From: Veleropilina oligotropha
Lineage: Eukaryota
Length of the DNA stretch: 64,000 nucleotides
NCBI GenBank assembly: GCA_048128005.1
Contig: JBEUKZ010000096.1
Span: forward strand, 620,001 to 684,000
Direction: 5' to 3'
Shown: one piece after another, positions 51,253 through 64,000 of the stretch
Numbering within the stretch: position 1 is the stretch's first letter
Layout: every line of letters starts with the position of its first letter
Translations under genes and position numbers: made by a program
Notes under the pieces: model-generated
Databases searched by the model: none
What the model was told of the DNA's origin: nothing
Seen by the model: the letters and a program-made list of their open reading frames with translations, nothing else

Positions 51253-53879
51253 GTATTGTTCCTTGATTTATCAATTTACATAATCTGTGCTGATGCAATG
51301 CTATTGTTATGCCTGGCTATTCTATGAAATAGACATTATGAGGCGATTCAATGTATGTTCATTTCTTAAAAACATTTTAAGATCTTGATACTTTCATGTC
51401 ATACCTGAGTATTTTGACAAGCCAGTTCACATTGAATTTATTAAACAATTATTTTGCAAAAACGTCTTATAGAATTTTGAGGTTCAATATTATTGATGTT
51501 CTAGGCTGTTACAAAGAACATACGATGTTCAAGACATTGAAAAATTTTTAATATTTGCTTCCTTAAATTTATTTTAAGTAACATGTTATACTCATGTTAG
51601 CTATTCGCAAGTTGGTCATGCGAATCACTTATTAATATCGATTATTATAAATAATCTATTAATTCTTTGCTTAAGATTTGATATATTCACAGCCTAACTA
51701 AGGTTCCGTGTGCTTACAAATCCGACTGCTTCCTCTGGCTACCTGCCTTTGGGCCGGAGTACCATTTGGCTGCCACTGGTCCATGACACGTAAGACCTAC
51801 AGGGATTCATCCTTCCGGCCGTGCCTGGGGCTGAGTGCACTTCCGCTTCACCTCGTCCGACTAACACCACGGCGTATTCTCCCGGTAACACTGGTCGAAA
51901 TTCTCGCTTGGTAAGAGTTGAATATAATACTCAGTAAATTCCACTCTGGGCGGACACAATCGACGCTTCATGCTGATTGAAATGGTGAAAAGTAAGTCAT
52001 TATCTTGTTTGGGTTTGCTGTAAGGAACTTCTTACCCACCTATCCAAGGTTATTCTGGCAAGAGTAAGGACGTAAGTATGTTTGTAACTACATATGAGGT
52101 TTTTAATTAAACCTAATATTAGTTAAAACATACTTACGTCCTTACTACGATTACCCACCCTGCGTTTCGCATTCCTCCCCTCTACTAAGTTCCTTTGGGG
52201 TTCTGAACTTTGAATTGAGGTCTTGTGACTTCGATGGCTCGGAAGTCTCGCGAGACTTGGCGAGATCTCGCTGGGGGAACTTAGGAGAGGTGGAGCAGGG
52301 GAGGTAATCGTAGTGTTTGACTTAAAAGGAGTGCCTAAATGTGACTTTATTATTCACTGTTTCCGGTTGGCGATAATATGACTATTATGGCAAGAGTAAG
52401 GACGTAAGTATGTTTTAACTAATATTAGGTTTAATTAAAAACCTCATTTTTGGCATATATATGCTTTGGTATTGATTATATGAATGCTACCTGATTCTCT
52501 GGCAGTGGTATTGAATAATATTTCATTTAATTTATGCAAATAAATTGGTGTTTTTGAACATAGAACTTTTGATTCAAATTTTCGGTTAAAGTTTTTCATT
52601 GAGAATATATGGCTTGCTTTAGGGACTTTTTGCCATATATATATATGATTTGGTATTGATTATATGAATGTTACCTGAGACTTTGGCAGTGATATTTTAT
52701 AAAATTGAGTTAATTATTGCAAAGAAATTGGTTATTTTTAACATAGAAATTCTTATTAGAATTTTCAGTTAAAGTTTGTATTAAGGGTCTTTTCGGCATA
52801 TGTATGCTTTGATATTGATTATATGGATGTTACCTGGGACTCTGGTAGTGATATTAATAAAATTGAATTCGTTATAATAATTGCAAATAAATTTGTGTAT
52901 TTTAACATAGAAACTCTGGTAAAGTTTTCCTGTCTATGTGTATGGGCTGCAGAAGGCTCTATTCGGAGTATATTTATATGCTTTGGTATTATTATATGGA
53001 TGTCACATGGCAGTGATAGTGACTAAAATTTAATTTAATTATTGCATAAAATTGGTATTTTTAGACATAGAAACATTGTTTAAGTTTTCAATTAAAATAT
53101 TTTCAAGGAGTTCATATGGATGATCAAGACGCTTTTTGTATACACATACTTTGGTAGTTAATATATTGATGCTGCCGGGGCATACCCATGTTCCGGGGAA
53201 CATAGTTTTTCTAGTCTTATTTTGGTTCGGTACTTCGGGCACACCTTGTGTGATCAGTCACGTTGGTCCATGATCAATTCATGAAAGATGGATTTATTTA
53301 GAGATTTCTTTGACAATAAAATGCATATTTGCAACATTACCCTGAAAGGTAATAATCTTGACCATGACAGCAAATGCCGTAATGAAGCGAAATCAAGAAG
53401 AATTTGACTCTAACGTTCAATAGCGTTCATAAGAATCACATTATATGAGGGTACTGATTTATGATGAATCACATAAAACCTGATACACGGTATATGACCT
53501 GATACACAGTATACGACCTGATACATGGTGTGTAACAGGACCTAATGCATGGTGTATCAGAGGAACTGATAAATAGAGTATCACAGGTAGGAATGATACA
53601 TGGAGTTTCACATGCATAATACATGATGTTCGCAAGATGCATTGGATACCACTGAAGCTCATAACATGGAGTGCTAGGCTTTTCTTGCACAAAATAGTAT
53701 AGACTTTCTATAAATATGGTCTAAATTATTTCGCAAATCCATTCCATTAAATGTTTGTTTCATTGACATGAAGTGTTTGATTTATAATTTCCATCAATCT
53801 ATCAACAAAGCTTATGCAAATGATCATATCTGTTGTTTACTATACAACTAGGTCTACTATATTTTTATGAATATTTCAG

Positions 53880-54143
53880 GATCTGATCCTATGCCCAGCA
53901 AGGACACGCATGTGGAATTTGTTCTCTCGAATAAAGACGTCGCAAAGAAATGGGGAGCGAAAATACTCAACACCGATAACTTAAAGGTCAAGGTCAGGAT
54001 CTTCACGCCACCAAATCTCTTCATTGGAAGATGGAAGTTCAAAGTTCACATCATAAAGAAGGGTGACAAAGACAACAAGGCGGCCATTCATCAGTTCACC
54101 AACGACAAACTGATCTATATCCTCTTTAATCCATGGAACAAAG
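53880..54143 (+). CDS. TGM: Transglutaminase exon 3
   Basis: tttcag|GA...AAAG|gtatta, phase 1/1. Encodes IGRW...IYILFNPW. Confidence 0.93.
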
Positions 54144-54467
54144 GTATTAAAACAAAATATATTAATTATAAAAGATCATATACCGGTACTGTATTTATTT
54201 TCATGGTATCTTATATGATTTTTTTTTTTTTTTTTGGTGTTTGTTTGTTTGTAAATATTTTATTGCATATTGCAAATGGTTTGGACAAGAAAGTTAACAA
54301 GTAACATTATCAAGTGTCCTTACCAAAACATATTTACAATAGATGAAGCAATATATATATAGGAATACAAGATATTGGAGAAAATTAAAAAAAATTCGAG
54401 TAGTACAATGAAGTGTGGGTTATGCACGGGCCAACATGTAGGTTTACTTTATCAATTGAAAACAGTA

Positions 54468-55648
54468 ATTATGTCTCCCCATCCCTGTGGGGAGACATAC
54501 TGTTTTTGTATCGTCCGTCCGTCTGTCCGTCCGTCCGTCTGTCCGTCCGTCTGTCTGTCACACTTTGGTTTCCGGACGATAACTACCGTTCCCTTGAAGC
54601 GATTTTGTTCATATTTGGTACACAGGTTGCTTATGAGGAGAGGTCGCTTGGGATTGCTTTTCAGGTCGGTGCGCCAAAGGTCATGTGATCTGTTACTAAA
54701 AATAGAATTTTGGCTCCGATTTGGTTTCCGGACGATAACTACCGTTCCCTTGAAGCGATTTTGTTCATATTTGGTACACAGGTTGCTTATGAGGAGAGGT
54801 CCCTTGGGATTGCTTTTTAGGTCGGTACGCCAAAGGTCATGTGATCTGCGACTAAAAATAGAATTTTGACTCAGATTTGGTTTCCAGACGATAACTAACG
54901 TTTCCTTTCAGCGATTATGCTCATATTTGGTACACGGGTTGGTCATGAGGAGAGGTCCCTTGGGATTGCTTTTCAGGTCGGTATGCCGAAGGTCATGTGA
55001 TCTGCGACTAAAAATAGAATTTTGACTCAGATTTGGTTTCCAGATGATAACTAACGTTTCCTTTCAGCGATTATGCTCATATTTGGTACACGGGTTGGTT
55101 ATGAGGAGTGGTCCCTTGGGATTGCTTTTCAGGTCGGTACGCCAAAGGTCATGTGATCTGCGACTAAAAATAGAATTTTGACTCAGATTTGGTTTCCAGA
55201 CGATAACTACCATTTCCTTTGAGCGATTATGCTCATATTTGGTACACAGGTTGCTTATGAGGAGAGGAGAGATTGCTTTTCAGGTCTGTATGCCAAAGGT
55301 CACGTGACTTGTTGCTAAAAATATAATTTTCCCGAATTTTGATTGCGATTTGCATTCAGGGCACAGGGAAATAACTACTGTTCATATTGAATGGTCATGG
55401 TCAAGCTCATAGGCAGGTTGTGTATGAGGTATGAGGAAATGATGCTTTGAATTGTATATTTGAAAGTCAATATTTTAAAGGTCATGTGATCTGTCTAAAT
55501 GCACGTATTGCTTATATGAAAAATGAACTCGCAACTGTTTTCAGTTGCAAAACTGATTGTGACTAGAAGTTGCCAGGATATTCCTTTTACACTTCTATTC
55601 AAATAGGGGAGACATTCCTGTTATTGTGGACAATAACAACATCTAGTT
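54468..55648 (+). mobile_element. HINE-like element with 156-bp tandem units (about 5 copies)
   Basis: 5' atgtctcccc...ggggagacat plus (gtcc)n; units at 54564, 54720, 54876...; 3' ggggagacat, hairpin and ctagtt. Confidence 0.85.
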
Positions 55649-56480
55649 AATGGAATCTTTTAGTTGCATGAATATATTTTTGTACTTTTTGAAAAATATG
55701 TCTGTTATAATTTTGATCTTGACTGAGGTCACCGGATAAAAGTACGTTCAAAGTGACAATAGGCACATCTCGAAGGTCATTAAATAGGATTTGCCTTTCG
55801 ATAGCATAGAGTGGACAATTGAAAAAGTAATGAGAAGAGTCTTCAGTATGGTATCCACATTGACAATTTGAATCCACTATTATATGATGACGGAATAAAT
55901 CACACTTTAGGCTGCTAAACATACATCTAATCGCTCTATGTATAACATCTAATTTACGACTCGAATTACCTGGCCGATGAGGTTTTGGAATCTTTACTAT
56001 TAATAAAGATTTAAATTCATTAACAGATTTAGCTTGGGTTGTGGTATTATTTAATTCATTCCAAAGAGAAGCAGTTTCAAAGAAGAATGATTTCCTTTTT
56101 ACCTCAAGACGGCAAAATGGGATATTAAAATTGTTATTGTTCCTAAGTGGGTAAGTTGATTTGGTATTTACTTTAGTCGGCAGCCTTTCAGAAAGATAAT
56201 CTGGAGAATTACCTGAAGCAATTTTATAGAAAGTAATTAGTCTTTTATTATTTCGTCGAACATTTAGTGGTTCGATACCAGTTTCTTTGTACAAGGTGTG
56301 TATCGGTGTATAATGTGGTAACCCGGTAATAATTCGTAGTGCTTCATTTTGTAAGATATCTACTTTGTGAATGTCAGTTTGCAATGCACCTCCCCAAACT
56401 TCGGATCCATATTCAAAAACAGGCCAAATATACTGAAGGTATATTTTTAGTAGAATATTTGTATTTAACCTATACTTTAA
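55649..56480 (-). mobile_element. CR1-type LINE ORF2 C-terminal fragment
   Basis: ALRIITG, SFF....LWN.L and CQCG..EDSSHYFFNCPLY motifs; truncated. Confidence 0.75.
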
Positions 56481-56774
56481 TTTAATTTTCTCATTTTGGT
56501 GTTATATTTTCCTATAGTAGCTTTTATGGTTAACCTGAGACATGTTCATATCTATGTGTCATATTCCTGTTGATCTAAAACCTTTATTAAGGGACCACCA
56601 ATGGGAACCTGAAAAAGTGGCCGCTAGAGGCAGGTGGTACTTTAATACTGGTTAATTATGTTGTAAATCTTGTTGCAGGGATTTTGAAAAGTGGCCCCTT
56701 AAGACTAGACAGGTGATCCCTTAATACAGATGGTCCCATGAGCTGGTTCGACTGTATATGGTTTGCTTAATATA

Positions 56775-57690
56775 TATAGGTTAACCAACGTGGAACTGAG
56801 CATTCGTGAAAAATAATTTTTCACGAATGCTCAGTTCCAAGTTGGTTAACTTATTTAATCCATCTTAGCCAAAATAAACTGTGTTATGTGTTTAGACAAT
56901 ACTAGTCTATTCATATTAAATTACATCGTCAAATTACTCAAATATATACATTTGACGTGAATAGGATATGATGTTTATCTCCGGAATCCCCTGTCGGACA
57001 TCGGTCTAATTAAATAGAATCATCTTTATGAATAGACGTTTAATGTGCTCGTTAAGTGCAATTATACCGGCATGCAGGGCGAAATATTTTTGCGACACGA
57101 TGATGTACATTTCAAAGCACGCTACACTTGGCTTCAGTGGTTTGACCAGAGCACACGTGGGATTTACCTCTGCAGAGAGCATCCGCCGCCATCAGGTATA
57201 GTATAATATTGCAAATATATGTTGTATTTTAACGACATTTCTGTGATATAATATTTAAATAGCTCTCGGTGTTCGTTTCAAAGTAAAGCAATGGAACATC
57301 GTTCATATGAACAACAGCATTATATGGAGTATTGCCAGATTCTTCTGAACGTGTATTACATTTTCTTCATTTGGGTAACGAATTTAATGTGCTTGAAGTT
57401 TGTTGTCAGTGCAAAAGTGTTGTCTACGCGTTAAAATAATTAATATTTTCTTTTCAGTGTCCACGTGTACTAGAATGGACTCGTCCGCAGATAAATCTAC
57501 CTCTTTGGATTATATACTGCGTTAAACATGCTTTCCTCATTTTCTGGAATGGAATCGTCCATAGCATGGAATTAATGCACATAACGCTTGTTTAATTGGT
57601 CTTTTAAGCAGACACAATGATTTTGTAGCAGTGGATTCGTGTAGAATAATCAACAGTTATAACAAAAGAAAACTAGGTCAAAATGGATTA
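56775..57690 (+). mobile_element. Sister copy of the 25963-26905 hairpin-ended element
   Basis: Palindrome ggttaaccaac...gttggttaac at 56779-56850; body shared with the other copy. Confidence 0.75.
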
Positions 57691-57901
57691 ACCCATGTTA
57701 ACATTCATTAAAATCATACAAGGACATTTCCATATTATCGTGGAAGGAAAGCCTAGTCATCTGGAAAAACCGCCCACACCGGACAGTTATGGACACATGT
57801 GATTGTTTATTAAATGATGTGCCCAGCTGCAAGCAGAGTCGAATCCTATGAATCTGAATAATATTTGCATTTAAAATGATCTGTGTGCATTTCCTTCGCA
57901 G

Positions 57902-58020
57902 ATGACCAGGTGTTCATGTCTGACTCGAAGCATCTGGAGGAATACATCCTCAACCAGACGGGAAAACTCTACATCGGCAACTACAAGCAGATCAGCTCCC
58001 GAATGTGGAACTTTGGTCAG
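57902..58020 (+). CDS. TGM: Transglutaminase exon 4
   Basis: ccttcgcag|AT...CAG|gtagcc. Encodes DDQVFM...EEYILNQTGKLYIG...WNFGQ. Confidence 0.93.
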
Positions 58021-58416
58021 GTAGCCATCACCGTGTCTGATAATACCGTTGCTACACCAAAGAATAATGCACATCCATTCGCATCAAAACGGTTGTTGCT
58101 ATACAACAAATTTGGTTGCCACTTCGCATTTTGTTCAATATCCACATGCGTATTTGGTTTTGGAAATTCCGTACGATTATGGCGTGCCACGTAAGATGCA
58201 TCTATTCAATTCAGTTGTGCAGTGTGCTAACGGTAATATAATCGAATTGAACCTTACTTATTTTTCAAAACCACATACATATTTGGTTTAAACTCAATGC
58301 GCCTTGATATCGAATTTACAACCAAATTATGGTTTTGATGTGATGCATCCTTAATCTTCTTAGGTATTCATCTTGATGTGCCATAGAAAGTTGCATCTAT
58401 ATATCTGTTGTTTCAG

Positions 58417-58524
58417 TTTGAGAGTGTGGTGTTGGACTGTATCCTCGATTTGCTGGATGATTCTCGTCTCCCAATGTCGGCGCGAGGAAACCCCATCACT
58501 ATCTGCCGTAAAATCTCATCTTTG
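58417..58524 (+). CDS. TGM: Transglutaminase exon 5
   Basis: tttcag|TTT...TTG|gtaaga. Encodes FESVVLDCILDLLDDSRLPMSARGNPITICRKISSL; absent from the ORF track. Confidence 0.9.
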
Positions 58525-59019
58525 GTAAGAAATTTAATAGAAATTTATCATTGCTGATATTTGGTATTATCGTGTGGGCATTTCACTCGTTATGCTTCTT
58601 TTCAAAAGTGAGATTGATTCTTGAACTATGTGGAGATTACAACCGCAGTCACCCATAAGCGTCTGCATGCGGCTTGTAGATTTAACTGTATAATCCGGGA
58701 TTTCTTCCCATAATAATGTTAATGTCACATGATTAACATAGATGAAAATAAACGCAATATGTCAAATTATGCGAAGAAATGTTTATTTCGTAATTATAAA
58801 GAGAGGAAAATCAAGACCATGATCCGTAAAAGGAATCTGTTATTGTTGTCATAACTGATTAATCCAAAAATTCACACCTTCCAACCAACGCAGTCCATGC
58901 TGTTGTGTTTCACTCATGCTCTTATTCATGAATTACGATGATTTTGTTGATGGCATTGCCCTGACAGGTTATGCTGTCCCCTTTGTATTGATGCATTAAC
59001 TTTCTTCTGTTGATTACAG

Positions 59020-59194
59020 GCAAACTCTCCCGACGACGGTGGCATCCTTGTCGGTAACTGGTCGGGTAAATATGAGGGCGGTGCGCCCCCGATGAGCTGG
59101 CAGGGCAGTGTGGCCATCATCGAGCAGTACCACCAGTCCAAGACGCCGGTCAAGTACGGCCAATGCTGGGTGTTCTCCGGCATCGTCACTTCGT
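59020..59194 (+). CDS. TGM: Transglutaminase exon 6 (catalytic Cys)
   Basis: ttacag|GCA...TCGT|gtaaga. Encodes NSPDDGGILVGNWSG...PVKYGQCWVFSG; catalytic Cys codon at 59164-59166. Confidence 0.96.
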
Positions 59195-59601
59195 GTAAGA
59201 TTTTATTTTGATGATAAATTCAGGCAATGGCCTGTTTAAATCACATTTGTTATGCTGATACTGAATCAGTATGATGATATAAAAGTTTAAAGTTAAATAT
59301 AGAAAACAAAGTCAATCAAGATGTTCAAGTACAGAATACTGGGATTTCTGTGCATGTATAAGACTTATTGTACATTCCTCTTAGTAGATGCAGTTCATCA
59401 ACTTTGCTAGTCGTTGACGTCTGCGTGGTTTACTTTCCATATGGGATTGCAACTACACTTTTACCAATATTATTCGTACAATTGAAAATTTTACATTTAA
59501 ATATTTTGCAACAATCTTATATAAAGCCATAATAATAAAGTCTGTTACAGGCAGCATATTACGACCTGCTTGATTAATTTTATTCCTGATTTATATTCCA
59601 G

Positions 59602-59740
59602 TGTGTCGAGCTATCGGTATCCCCACTCGAAGCGTCACCAACTTTGCATCCGCCCATGACTGTGACGGCAGCATCACCATCGACTGCCATTTCGATTCGG
59701 AGGGGAAGCCCCTCCGCGAAATGAACAGCGACTCAGTCTG
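59602..59740 (+). CDS. TGM: Transglutaminase exon 7 (gene continues beyond the window)
   Basis: ttccag|TG...TG|gtgagt. Encodes LCRAIGIPTRSVTNFASAHDCDGSITID...DSVW. The next expected exon (NFHVW-like) was not found in the window. Confidence 0.95.
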
Positions 59741-59806
59741 GTGAGTTCGGGAATTTAGCCTCGATCATTTAGTGAGTAAAAAGAATGGCTGCTGAGCCCA
59801 ACGTTA

Positions 59807-60410
59807 CCCAGTGAACCATTCTACGTCTGGAAGACGTGACGGAAACGTTTTCTCCTAAGACGTCACGAAGACGTGTGGATTCGCAAAAAGTGTTACATAT
59901 GAAAGACGTAGAAAAGACGTCTTTGGTTTTCCAAACGTGTGGAAGACGTGATCCTCGGCGTCTTTGTTTGGTTGTTCAACGTGTGGAAAACGTGACGCTC
60001 GTGTACCACTTATCATTAAGGACGCCTGGAAGACATAACGGTGACGTTTTCACCTCAAAAGTGTTATATAGGAAAGACGTCGGAAAGACGTCTTTCTTTG
60101 GTTTTCCAAACGTCCGTGAAACGTATGTAAATCGCCTTTGTCTGGTTTCCCAAGTGTATGTAAGACGTGGCCCTCATGTATCCTCACGCATTAAGGACGT
60201 CTTCGTTTACTGTTGGTAATGTTCATATATGGTAAGTTCATAACGTAATGAAACCCTTGGAAATACCACTGCTAGACCTGTTATGGACGCTCTTAACACG
60301 TTCTTAGAACGTGGCCTTAACGAGATATGATGCAGGCGTCGCAAATACGTCGTGCAGACGTTGCAATCACCTCTCGATTACCCTTCCATGACATCCTTAT
60401 GCGTCTATTG
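59807..60410. mobile_element. Probable terminus of a CMC/EnSpm-like DNA transposon with subterminal GACGT repeats
   Basis: TA|CCCAG start followed by about 600 bp dense in aagacgt/acgtc motifs; the other end was not identified. Confidence 0.5.
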
Positions 60411-60632
60411 AAACCGCCTGTAAATATTCCCATCCACCAAGATAAAAGTCAACATGCAAGTGAATACAAGTCCATATATATACGAGATTCGTTTATTAAC
60501 AGTTATAAATTCTCCATAATAACACTACTGGTAGATGATCAAAATTGTATGTATTGTAAAGTATAAAATTAACCAAATTGTCTAATAGTGGATTATGAAA
60601 ACAGAAAATTCAAAATTCCCTTTCTCTCCTCT

Positions 60633-60784
60633 TTAACTGTTGACTGGTGGACTTGGTATGGTCACATCTCTCCTTGCTTTATAAGCATTACCCCCTTTTA
60701 ACCCGCTTGACCGTTTAAAGACGTTACTGGCCCTGGCTCGAATTGACGTCACTTTTTCCATTGGATAATTACCTCGCAGGACCC
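60633..60784 (-). CDS. Terminal exon of the antisense BEN/DUF4806-like gene
   Basis: ttcttcttaatcattccag| acceptor, phase-compatible with the upstream exon. Encodes RVLRGNYP...VFKRSSGLKGGNAYKARR...VNS*. AATAAA on the minus strand at 60492-60497. Confidence 0.58.
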
Positions 60785-62923
60785 CTGGAATGATTAAGAA
60801 GAAAACCATTTTCGTGTGCTAAAATAATAAGAAGGCCTTCCATTATGAGACATACATATTTCAATATATGTTATTGCAGCATAATATTTTGCATTCGTCC
60901 AATACCATTTAAAACAAAATAGAGAGCCTGCTAACATTCGCCAATATATTATACGAATTCAGCTAACTACATTTTAGCCATTCCACGTCGTCTCTTAAAA
61001 TTAGTACCATTTTCAAGCAATTACCTCATTTTCAGGCATGATTATCAATAACAGCAGGATTAGGAGTCTAGTCAGAAGTTTGTTAATTCAGGTTAGCATA
61101 ATAAAAGAAGATAAATATGTTGTCAAGCAAAGTATTGGTCAACACGGTGCATTGAATACCTTATAACGCTAGCGTCTCGTGGTTTAAAGTATTGTACGTG
61201 GTACTCAATGCACCGTGTTTATTGCGACGTCACTCGATAACTTATATTATAATAATTATACCAGGTGTTGTCTCACGCCTTTTCTTAATTAGTGTTCCGA
61301 GAACCTGTATCACACTCCCTCTTTATGAATTCAAAATGGCTGCCAATTCTTAGAAGTTTATTCAAGGCATTATGGAAACATATGAGTTCGTTTTTACTGA
61401 ATTTATCGAAGTAACAGAATCTGATCTTGAAGCTAAAACTACATTGTTATAACACGCATTATTATATTTTCGCGAAATCCGCGACGTAAAATTGTCAAAA
61501 TAACGTCACGTGGAGTTTGACAAATACTCATGGCAAACTCGACGTTTTCTTATCAAACTACACGTCGTCTGCTAGACGTCATTCGCTTCTGTGGGAGATA
61601 ATAAAGACCAGTGTTTTCAAGTATTTCTTGAGATTCAATCAATCTATTCCTCAGCATTTCAAATATCCAGATTACTTAGCTCTTGGAATAACCCATTAGG
61701 TGCAATTTAACATGGCGTTATGATTATTCCTTAGTCATTTTTCAGCATTGACAGGCATATAAAGTTCGATATTTTTCAAAATAAAATGAAAATAAAAAGG
61801 TTATCCTGCGGCTTCTCGTTTGATACGTATGTATATCCTGTGAGCTATGACAATATCACACTCGACTTGTTTTCGTGTGTTATTTTCAAAGCTCACAGGA
61901 TAAACGTACGTATTAAACTCGCCGCCACATGTTAACGTTAAATGTCAATTTCTTGATAGTTTTTCCAATCATAAATGGTAAGGTAAATTCAAATACATAG
62001 TTACGTGACGTATTTATATATATATATGCACTGGCGAGCGTTGTTAAATAATCATATACTATTTCAACCTCACAGTTTATTGACTAAAATTACCATAGTC
62101 TTTCGATTCAATTTATTAAGCAATTAACTTGTTTTTATAGTCTACATAATAAAAAGTATATCATTAATAATTATTATATGTGGATTCTGGCACGTCGGAA
62201 ACCTCTCCTGAGCTCGGAAATTTTACTCGAACTTTCTTCTCGTGATAAATTTACCGCAAAAAGTCCGAACTCACTGTTTCCGACCTGCCAGAATCCACAT
62301 AATAGTACAATATCATCATACCTTTGGTTTTATCACGCATTGTCGCGAGTTATTTTCTGTGATGCCGTAACATTTGATTTTAAAATATTTATTGAAATAA
62401 CATAAGCCTACCTATGGAAGAATGTGATACGGTCTGACAGGATTTGGTAGAGTATGGTACGTATAATAAAATGGTTTACAGTATATGTATATATTCATTC
62501 ATTTCTTATATAGCAATGCTAAATTAAGTACTATATCATCTTCCTTTTCAACACTAAGAAAATTACAATATCATATTGAAGAACACCTTACAATTACATT
62601 TTGTGAATTTTTTTAGTGATGTGGTTATTTTCTTAGAGCGAAAGTGTACAGACCTACGCCAATGAAATGTAATTTAAGAATAAATTATGGCATCTATCAT
62701 TTTTCACAAATAAACGAAACTACCGAGAAATCTGTGATGGCTGTTCCAGAAAAGAGGTTATAGGGGCAACCTAATTTAAAATGTAATTTTCCTACATGCT
62801 TCAGTAAGTGATGGGTAATTCTCCTCTCACCCCTACTAAAAATATCATAAATAGAATGAGTTTCTTCCCATGACATTTAATTCCGGAACATCCCTCATAT
62901 CCCCAATTGATTTTTATACATAC

Positions 62924-63116
62924 GTAGAATGATCTCTTGACAGCGTGATCCCATGAAGTTCCGTTTGTCCTCTGGTTCCTGCACTAGGCTCCCTGGCTTC
63001 GTGGATCCTCCACAGTTGAAATGCTGTGCAAGTTGGGGCCGCTGGATAACCTTCGATATGCACTTGAGCATTACGTCATTTTCTGTTCGACCACCCAGAC
63101 TTTCGAAAAGTTCCCG
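62924..63116 (-). CDS. Internal exon of an antisense BEN/DUF4806-like gene
   Basis: tgttgcag|CGG...CTAC|gtatgt on the minus strand. Encodes RELFESLGG...ISKVI...LAQHFNCGG...KRNF...EIIL. Confidence 0.62.
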
Positions 63117-63477
63117 CTGCAACACCGAACATGAGCATAAGACCACAACCATAAGATATTCCACTTAATCATCCAAGTTAGTTAAATCACGCAAAATGAT
63201 GCGACATGAATCAGTCTACTTTTACAATCGCAATTGTATGAGATAGTATTACAACACAACAAGATTTTAATATTGGTTCGAAAATGAGATTAATTTGTTA
63301 ATTAATAAAACAGCGATGTGATAATGTAATGCCTAAGCAACCCCATTGCAGCAAATATCATAAATAACTGGGAATAATTTAAAAAGATATGCAAAAAAAA
63401 CTATCGGTATATGGATTTATTTACAAAGACTACATGGAATGCAATATTTGTGATAAAAGATGGCTATGCTATTAATT

Positions 63478-63710
63478 CGCCGTCCTCGATAGCTCAACTG
63501 ATTAGAGCGTCGGCAAAACGTTATGTTGGGCGGTAGGATGTGGGTTCAAGCCCGCGCCGGCCTGGCTTATTCTAAAGCCTAAAACTAATATATGGCATGT
63601 CTCTAATGTATGTCGGTCAGATCGGAATGAGGCCTTAAACCGGGTGGCCCGACCACGTTAAGGCTGAAAAATTGCATAAGGGGTCGTAAAACAAAGTTGT
63701 CAACTCAACT
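63478..63710 (+). mobile_element. tRNA-derived SINE with AACTC tail
   Basis: tagctcaactg A-box-like, ggttcaagccc B-box, central tcggaatgaggccttaaaccggg, end gtcgtaaaac...aactcaact. Confidence 0.72.
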
Positions 63711-64000
63711 ATGCCATTAATTCCTAGGCCATTGTCTCCATTGCACACGCAGCCGTTTGACGGATATAAAAGCGGCAATTACACTGGGATCCCGACTACA
63801 GCATGCATGAGTGCAAAATTGTTAAATTGTTTATCATCACAAATTGACCTATATATCTTATCCTAAACTGCTTCATATATAAAGCATCTAGCGAAATGGA
63901 AAATTTCTTGACAATTTTCATTTAGAGATTAAAAAAAAAGTGAACAAAACTCACTTTTTTATTATTACAGATCTTGATGTATATTCATTGTAATAAAATG

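Larger units (their letters stand above)
45047..52447 (+). mobile_element. DIRS1-like tyrosine-recombinase retrotransposon, near full length
   Basis: ~210-bp inverted terminal repeats (about 45047-45265 and 52206-52447), an internal complementary region at about 52056-52150, and gag, RT-RNaseH-MT and YR ORFs. Confidence 0.96.
44576..53216 (+). mobile_element. Helentron-associated non-autonomous element (HINE) with ~170-180-bp internal repeats, interrupted by the DIRS1 element
   Basis: 5' ttttatgccccggg...ggggcata hairpin plus (tatg)n; 3' ccggggcata plus a short hairpin and ctagt. The same repeat unit lies on both sides of the DIRS element. Confidence 0.75.

Noticed and set aside
51960..52000. 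Hammerhead-like words (ctgattga...gaaa) in the DIRS1 3' region
   Set aside because: The core deviates from CUGANGA and the flanking stems could not be built.

Overview
AT-rich, repeat-dense animal genomic DNA, probably from a marine invertebrate or lophotrochozoan (inferred from the repeat families only). The main host gene is a + strand, multi-exon transglutaminase with an intact GQCWVF catalytic motif; its 3' exons lie beyond the window. The most striking feature is an array of five candidate alternative first coding exons upstream of its shared exon 2 (44338). All five can end in phase 1 on a G and splice in frame. Four encode different N-terminal lipidation signals (MGCCES, MGCNSSK, MGSGSSK, MGCGSS) and one encodes a Tyr/Arg-rich low-complexity leader. 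Introns contain a young, near-complete DIRS1 tyrosine-recombinase retrotransposon nested in a Helentron-type non-autonomous element, and an antisense spliced BEN/DUF4806-like gene probably carried by a CMC/EnSpm-like transposon. The first 34 kb hold nested Helentron-associated elements (HINEs), an RTE-X-like LINE with intact ORF2, a truncated L2 LINE, MITEs and tRNA-derived SINEs. All calls were made by eye from the sequence; no database searches were run.
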